Assembly: GCA_031431875.1 (NCBI GenBank)
Contig: JANPEF010000126.1
Span: 1 to 10,509 of the forward strand
DNA from: Candidatus Eiseniibacteriota bacterium
GTDB taxonomy: Bacteria > Eisenbacteria > RBG-16-71-46 > DASYSL01
Direction: 5' to 3'
DNA: 10,509 bases
The notes under the pieces are model-generated. The model worked only from the letters and a program-made list of their open reading frames with translations. It searched no databases and was not told the origin of the DNA. This document shows positions 6,064-10,509 of the stretch, in pieces. Each line of letters opens with the position of its first letter. Position 1 is the stretch's first letter. A program made the translations under genes and the position numbers.

Positions 6064-7194
6064 ATGCTGCGTCACGGTTTTCGCGCGCTCCTCCTGCTGT
6101 CGTCGGCCGTCGGTCTCGTCCTCTACTTCTCGGCGGCGCTGCCGACCGTACGCACGGCCGGACCATCCGCCGCCCCCGACTCGGTCGAGTCGGCCATCCT
6201 CGCCCAGGCGAATCATCTGCTCGATCATGCCTCGCCCTACGTCGAGCCGACCGGCGACGCGCCGGTGAGCCTCATGCCCGGCTACGGCATCGCGATCGCA
6301 CTCCTCATGGGCGCCGACGATGCGCAGCTGTGGATCGTGCGGCAGCTCGCGCTGCTCGCCACCATCGTCGCAGCGCTTCTCGTCTTCGGGATCGTCAAGG
6401 CCGAGACCGGGAGCTGGTCGCTCCCCTTCGCCGTCGCGACCCTGGCGCTCGTGGGACCGGCCCTGTTCGGCGCAGCGCCGGGCGCGGCTCGCCCGGAATC
6501 GATCGCGCTCCTGTTCGCGCTGCTGGGCTTCGCGACGCTGCGGTTCACGATCGGCGTGGTCGGCGCCTTCGGGGCAGGCGCGCTGCTGTCCCTCGCGTTC
6601 TTCGTTCATGCACCGGCGCTGTGGTTCGTCGTCGCGGCCGGGCTGTCGCTGGCGTTCGAGGACCGGCGGCGCTGCACCGCCTTCGGCATCGCCGCGCTCG
6701 GTCTCATCGGCGTGGGCTACGGGCTCTGTTCGCGACTCCTGGGCCCGTGGTTCAACGCCGCGGCGTGGGACGAGCCGATGCGTGCGCTCGCGCTCGCGGG
6801 AGTCTCGGTCGTGCCCTTCGCGGCGTCGCACCTGCTCGGTTGTCTGGCGGTGTGCACGATGGCCGCCGTGTTTTCCTTCGCGATCTCGACCCAGCCGTGG
6901 CACGAGCGGCGCGGCCTCTGGATGTGGCTGGCCGTGGCCGGCATCCCCGCGAGCCTCGCGGCCTGGGCGAGCGCGCCGGGCGCGACCTCGCTGCAGTCGG
7001 GACTCGTCACGGCGCTCGTCGTCGGGGCGATCGCGATCGACCTGGTGGCCCGGCACCTCGCCGATTCGTTCGGCTCGGCGAGCCACGAGGGCGAGAGCGT
7101 GATCTTCGTCGCGGTGGCGCTGCAGATGTTTCTCTTCGTCGCGCTGACGCCGACGCCGGGATGGATTGCGCAGGCCATCGCCGGGAGGGGCTGA
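6064..7194 (+). CDS. Polytopic membrane protein, 376 aa, possibly GT-C (ArnT/PMT-like) fold
   Basis: Roughly ten hydrophobic segments. The first loop is DSVESAILAQANHLLDHASPY...MPGYGIAIALL, and ARPES precedes a later helix; both recall GT-C enzymes. GC-rich third codon positions support this frame. Confidence 0.75.
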   Translation: MLRHGFRALLLLSSAVGLVLYFSAALPTVRTAGPSAAPDSVESAILAQANHLLDHASPYVEPTGDAPVSLMPGYGIAIALLMGADDAQLWIVRQLALLATIVAALLVFGIVKAETGSWSLPFAVATLALVGPALFGAAPGAARPESIALLFALLGFATLRFTIGVVGAFGAGALLSLAFFVHAPALWFVVAAGLSLAFEDRRRCTAFGIAALGLIGVGYGLCSRLLGPWFNAAAWDEPMRALALAGVSVVPFAASHLLGCLAVCTMAAVFSFAISTQPWHERRGLWMWLAVAGIPASLAAWASAPGATSLQSGLVTALVVGAIAIDLVARHLADSFGSASHEGESVIFVAVALQMFLFVALTPTPGWIAQAIAGRG

Positions 7195-7208
7195 CTCCAC
7201 CATCCACG

Positions 7209-9875
7209 TCAGAGGATCGAAGGGCGCTTCTCCTCCAGCGGATCGTGAAACATCGCCTGCCCGGCGATGGCATTCTTGAAGCCCCACGCCAGGAGGAGCC
7301 CGACGGCGCCGACGCCCAGCGCCGTGCGGTCGACGTACCACGTCGAGAGATCGAGCGTGGCCGGCACGGCCCCGAGCACGAGCCCGACGAACCCGGCGAC
7401 GATTCCGGCGAGCAGGCCCCAGCGCAGGAGGATGAACGTCAGGATCGCGGCACCGATCCCTTGATCGATGAGGGCCGGGACGAGCGCCCCCGGCTCCGTC
7501 GCCGAGAGTCCCGCGACCGTCGCGCCGAGCACCCACGCGATGATCGCCGCCCACGTCCGCTGCCGAACCATGAAGTGGACGAGGAGGATCCACACCAGCG
7601 TCCAGAGCGGATTGAGCACGCTGATCGACGCCCTCCACACCGTCGAGTAGGCAGTATTGCCGAGCGTGGCGAGCTGCCCGAGCACGCCCTGCTCGGGCAG
7701 CGTCTGTGGATCGATCCAGCCGAGCGTCGCGGCGCCGATCCGGGCGAGCAACAGGACCAGCACCAGCGCGAGGCCGGCCACGCCCCCGACGACGACGTCG
7801 CGACCGACCAGCGGATCCTTCACGCGGCCCGAGGTGAGGCGCGCCCAGCCCACGAGCATGTCGGGCCACAGGCGCCGCACGTACGGCTCGATCGCCACGT
7901 AGGCGAACCACATCGTCACGGCATGCAGGAGCGAGTGCGCGAGCCCCCGCCCGTCGGCCACGTCGGCCAGCAGATTCGGAACGCCGCGCTGGCCGAGCGA
8001 GTGCGTGAACACGGACTCGAGCAGGTTCACGATGAGCACGAAGGCGGCGAGCCGCGTGGCGCCGCGACGATCGCCACGCCCGGCGGCGAGATTCCGGCGC
8101 GCCAGGAACAGCGTCGCGAGCGTCGCGCCAAACGTGAAGAAGAGCGAGCTGAACCAGTCCGCCGGCGCATCGGCCGGCTCCCGCGGCGTGGACCGGCGGA
8201 TGATCTCCGCCGTCGAGTGCGCCGAGTCGGTGAGCGCAAAGTGGACGATGCGCGCGCCGAGGGCGCCCGCCTCCGCGTGGGGCGCCGACGACGGATTGCC
8301 GGGATCGCGCCACGCGCCGACCCGGTCTGCGAAGACGGCCGGCGCACGGCGCATCGGCGCCGCCACCAGCCGCGTCGTGTCGAGGGCCGCGGCCGCCAGG
8401 AACGGGGCGAATGGCGCGAGCCCGGGATCGACCCGCCCGGAGTCGGCGGTCACGGCGGGCGCCAGGCCCGGTGGTGCGACGATATCGAGCGCAACGAGGT
8501 GGCCGGCGCGATCGAGGACGATCATCGCGCTGCCGTCCCCGCCATGCGCCGGATCGCGGTTGTTCGCCGCCATCCCGTGCACCCCCGCCGGGATCATCGC
8601 GCGCTCGCTCCAGCGCCGCCAGAAGTAGGCTTCGTCGGGTACCTTTGCCACCTTCGCCGTTCCGACCGCGATCCGCGGCGCGAGCACGAACCCCTCGGCC
8701 GAGTGGCGCGGCGGCGTCTCGACCCCCGCTGCCCGCAGCAGTTCGCTGGCTCGCAGCGACAGGGTCGTGATCGGCATGCCGAAGCTCGCGTAGAGCGGAC
8801 TGCGCAGCGCGAGGATGGCGACGAGCAGCACGAGCGACGCGACCCCGCACGCGATCGCGATCCGCAGAGGCAGGGCTCCGACCGTCGTGGCGCTGGCCAC
8901 CAGTTCGGGTGACGGCGTCTCGCCGGCGGCGAGCGCGGCGGCGAGCGGATCCCCGCCAGGCAGCGCGGCCGCGACCTGCAACGCCGAGGATGGGCGCTCG
9001 CGCGGATCGCGCGCGAGACAGCGCGCGACGACGCGCGCGACAGCGGGATCGAGGTCGACCGACAATGCCGACGCCAGCGAGTCCGTGCCGGCCAGGTGTT
9101 GCGCGCGAATCGTTGCGAAGTCCGTGCTGGCGAATACGCGCTTGCCGGTGAACAGTTCGTGCAGGATGAGCCCGAGCGCGTAGATGTCCGAGCGCGGCGT
9201 CGCCGTCCCGGTGAGGATCTGCTCCGGCGCCATGTACGCCGGCGTGCCGACCACATGCCCCTGCGCGCCCGCGACGTCGCCGGCGGCGAGCGCGAGCCCG
9301 AAGTCGGTGATGCGCGCCCGCCCGCGCCCGTCGAGCATGATGTTCGCCGGCTTCAAGTCACGATGGAGGATGCCCTGATCGTGCGCGGCGGCGATGCCGG
9401 CGCAGAGCTGTCGCGCGACCTGCGTCGCCTTGTCGGCCGGCAGGTGGCCGATCCTGCGCAGCAGGCTCGCCAGGTCCTCTCCGTCGACGAACTCCATCGA
9501 GATGAAGTGGCTGCCCCCCACCTCGCCGATGTCGTACACGCGGCAGATGTTGGGGTGCGAGACCTGGCGCGCGTGACGCACCTCGGCGAGCAGCAGCTGC
9601 AGGCGCTCGGCGTCGCCCTCGAGCTCGGGCGGCAGGAACTTGAGCGCGACCGTCTGCCCCAGCTTGAGGTCGTCGGCGCGGTAGACCTCGCCCATTCCGC
9701 CGCGACCCAGCAACGCCACGATGCGGTAGCGCTCCGACAGCATCGTCCCCGGCTGGAAACGCCCGTGAATGCTCGAGCTGGACGAGGGCGGATGCGACTC
9801 GGGCGAGGCCGGGCCCGCGGGCCGCATCGCGGCGCCGAGCGCGGTCGGATCGAAGGGTGGCGGGGATTCGCTCAT
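7209..9875 (-). CDS. Membrane-bound Hanks-type Ser/Thr protein kinase, 888 aa
   Basis: Kinase motifs LGRGGMGEVY, VALK, HPNICRVYD, HRDLKPANIML, DFG, GTPAYMAPE, SDIYALG. These are followed by one TM helix, a soluble domain and a multi-helix C-terminal membrane region. Confidence 0.96.
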   Translation of the reverse strand: MSESPPPFDPTALGAAMRPAGPASPESHPPSSSSSIHGRFQPGTMLSERYRIVALLGRGGMGEVYRADDLKLGQTVALKFLPPELEGDAERLQLLLAEVRHARQVSHPNICRVYDIGEVGGSHFISMEFVDGEDLASLLRRIGHLPADKATQVARQLCAGIAAAHDQGILHRDLKPANIMLDGRGRARITDFGLALAAGDVAGAQGHVVGTPAYMAPEQILTGTATPRSDIYALGLILHELFTGKRVFASTDFATIRAQHLAGTDSLASALSVDLDPAVARVVARCLARDPRERPSSALQVAAALPGGDPLAAALAAGETPSPELVASATTVGALPLRIAIACGVASLVLLVAILALRSPLYASFGMPITTLSLRASELLRAAGVETPPRHSAEGFVLAPRIAVGTAKVAKVPDEAYFWRRWSERAMIPAGVHGMAANNRDPAHGGDGSAMIVLDRAGHLVALDIVAPPGLAPAVTADSGRVDPGLAPFAPFLAAAALDTTRLVAAPMRRAPAVFADRVGAWRDPGNPSSAPHAEAGALGARIVHFALTDSAHSTAEIIRRSTPREPADAPADWFSSLFFTFGATLATLFLARRNLAAGRGDRRGATRLAAFVLIVNLLESVFTHSLGQRGVPNLLADVADGRGLAHSLLHAVTMWFAYVAIEPYVRRLWPDMLVGWARLTSGRVKDPLVGRDVVVGGVAGLALVLVLLLARIGAATLGWIDPQTLPEQGVLGQLATLGNTAYSTVWRASISVLNPLWTLVWILLVHFMVRQRTWAAIIAWVLGATVAGLSATEPGALVPALIDQGIGAAILTFILLRWGLLAGIVAGFVGLVLGAVPATLDLSTWYVDRTALGVGAVGLLLAWGFKNAIAGQAMFHDPLEEKRPSIL

Positions 9876-9884
9876 GAGCGTCGC

Positions 9885-9913
9885 ACGCTAATCGACGCGA
9901 CGGGCCCGGTCAA
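9885..9913 (-). promoter_or_regulatory. sigma70-type promoter of the kinase gene
   Basis: TTGACC (9913-9908), 17-nt spacer, TAGCGT (9890-9885); 9 nt separate the -10 from the ATG at 9875. Confidence 0.6.
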
Positions 9914-9927
9914 GGATCTGCCGCGCA

Positions 9928-9956
9928 TTGCCCTACGGCTCGGTCGAGGGTAGTCT
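9928..9956 (+). promoter_or_regulatory. sigma70-type promoter of the MFS gene
   Basis: TTGCCC (9928-9933), 17-nt spacer, TAGTCT (9951-9956); GGAGG RBS at 9970-9974. Confidence 0.6.
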
Positions 9957-9979
9957 CGGTCCCCGACCCGGAGGTCCCG

Positions 9980-10509
9980 ATGACGCCGACCGACGACACT
10001 CCCGCCCCGCTCTCGACGGCCCGCCAGGCCTCGCTCTCCTCCTACTGGTTCGCCTACAACCTGCAATGGGCGGCGCTCCTCGCCATCGTGCTGCCGAGCC
10101 AGGTCGCGTTGCTCGCCGGCGACGCGCAGAAGGAGTTCGCCACCGGGACCATCACCGCGATCGGCGCCCTGTTCTCGCTCGTGCTCACGCCGCTCGCGGG
10201 AGCGCTCTCGGATCGCTCGGGCTCGCGGCACGGCCGGCGGCGCCCGTTCATCCTGGTCGGAACCCTGATCAACGTCGCGTTCGTCTTCCTGCTGGCCCGC
10301 TGCGGCGCGGGCACAGGGCTCGCGCTCTTCACCCTGTTGTATCTCGGCGTGCAGCTCGGCAGCAACTGGGCCGCAGGACCGTACGCGGCACTCCTGCCCG
10401 ACCTCGTGGCGAAGGCGCAGCGCGGCGCGGCCAGCGGTTGGATGGCGCTCATGAGCACGCTCGGCACGCTCGTCGGCGCGCTCGCCGCGGGGCAGCTGGT
10501 GCGGCCCGG
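9980..10509 (+). CDS. MFS transporter, N-terminal part; runs off the window and is not in the ORF track
   Basis: ATG 9980 follows a GGAGG RBS. My translation gives MTPTDDTPAPLSTARQASLSSYWFAYNLQWAALLAIVLPSQ..., MFS motif A-like GALSDRSGSRHGRRRPF, and ALLPDLVAKAQRGAASG. Confidence 0.92.
   Translation, partial: MTPTDDTPAPLSTARQASLSSYWFAYNLQWAALLAIVLPSQVALLAGDAQKEFATGTITAIGALFSLVLTPLAGALSDRSGSRHGRRRPFILVGTLINVAFVFLLARCGAGTGLALFTLLYLGVQLGSNWAAGPYAALLPDLVAKAQRGAASGWMALMSTLGTLVGALAAGQLVRP

Noticed and set aside
5529..8912. 1127-aa plus-strand ORF and the overlapping 944-aa minus-strand ORF (6016-8850)
   Set aside because: Arg/Ala/Gly-rich with no motifs. They overlap well-supported genes and are shadow frames typical of high GC.

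Overview
GC-rich bacterial window. In order: the 3' end of a SPOR-domain gene; an internally deleted radical SAM (Rv2578c/SplB-like) pseudogene; tRNA-Glu(TTC) with a sigma70-type promoter; two lower-GC genes for Cys-rich secreted proteins (minus strand); a MOSC-domain gene; a third secreted protein; a seven-repeat FG-GAP/ASPIC-UnbV (CRTAC1-like) protein with a T9SS-CTD/FlgD-Ig-like tail; a polytopic membrane protein with GT-C-like traits; a multi-TM Hanks-type Ser/Thr kinase; and the 5' part of an MFS transporter missing from the ORF track. The main signal is that three otherwise unrelated signal-peptide proteins all end in the same 15-residue motif, P-A-x-x-x-[ST]-W-G-x-V-K-x-x-Y-R-stop. The motif is conserved at protein level and has no transmembrane helix, so it is a candidate C-terminal sorting or anchoring signal. 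Two of these genes sit in a lower-GC segment between the tRNA and a degenerate copy of its 3' end. The protein styles suggest an FCB-related lineage such as Eisenbacteria or Krumholzibacteriota; this is from recollection, not a search.
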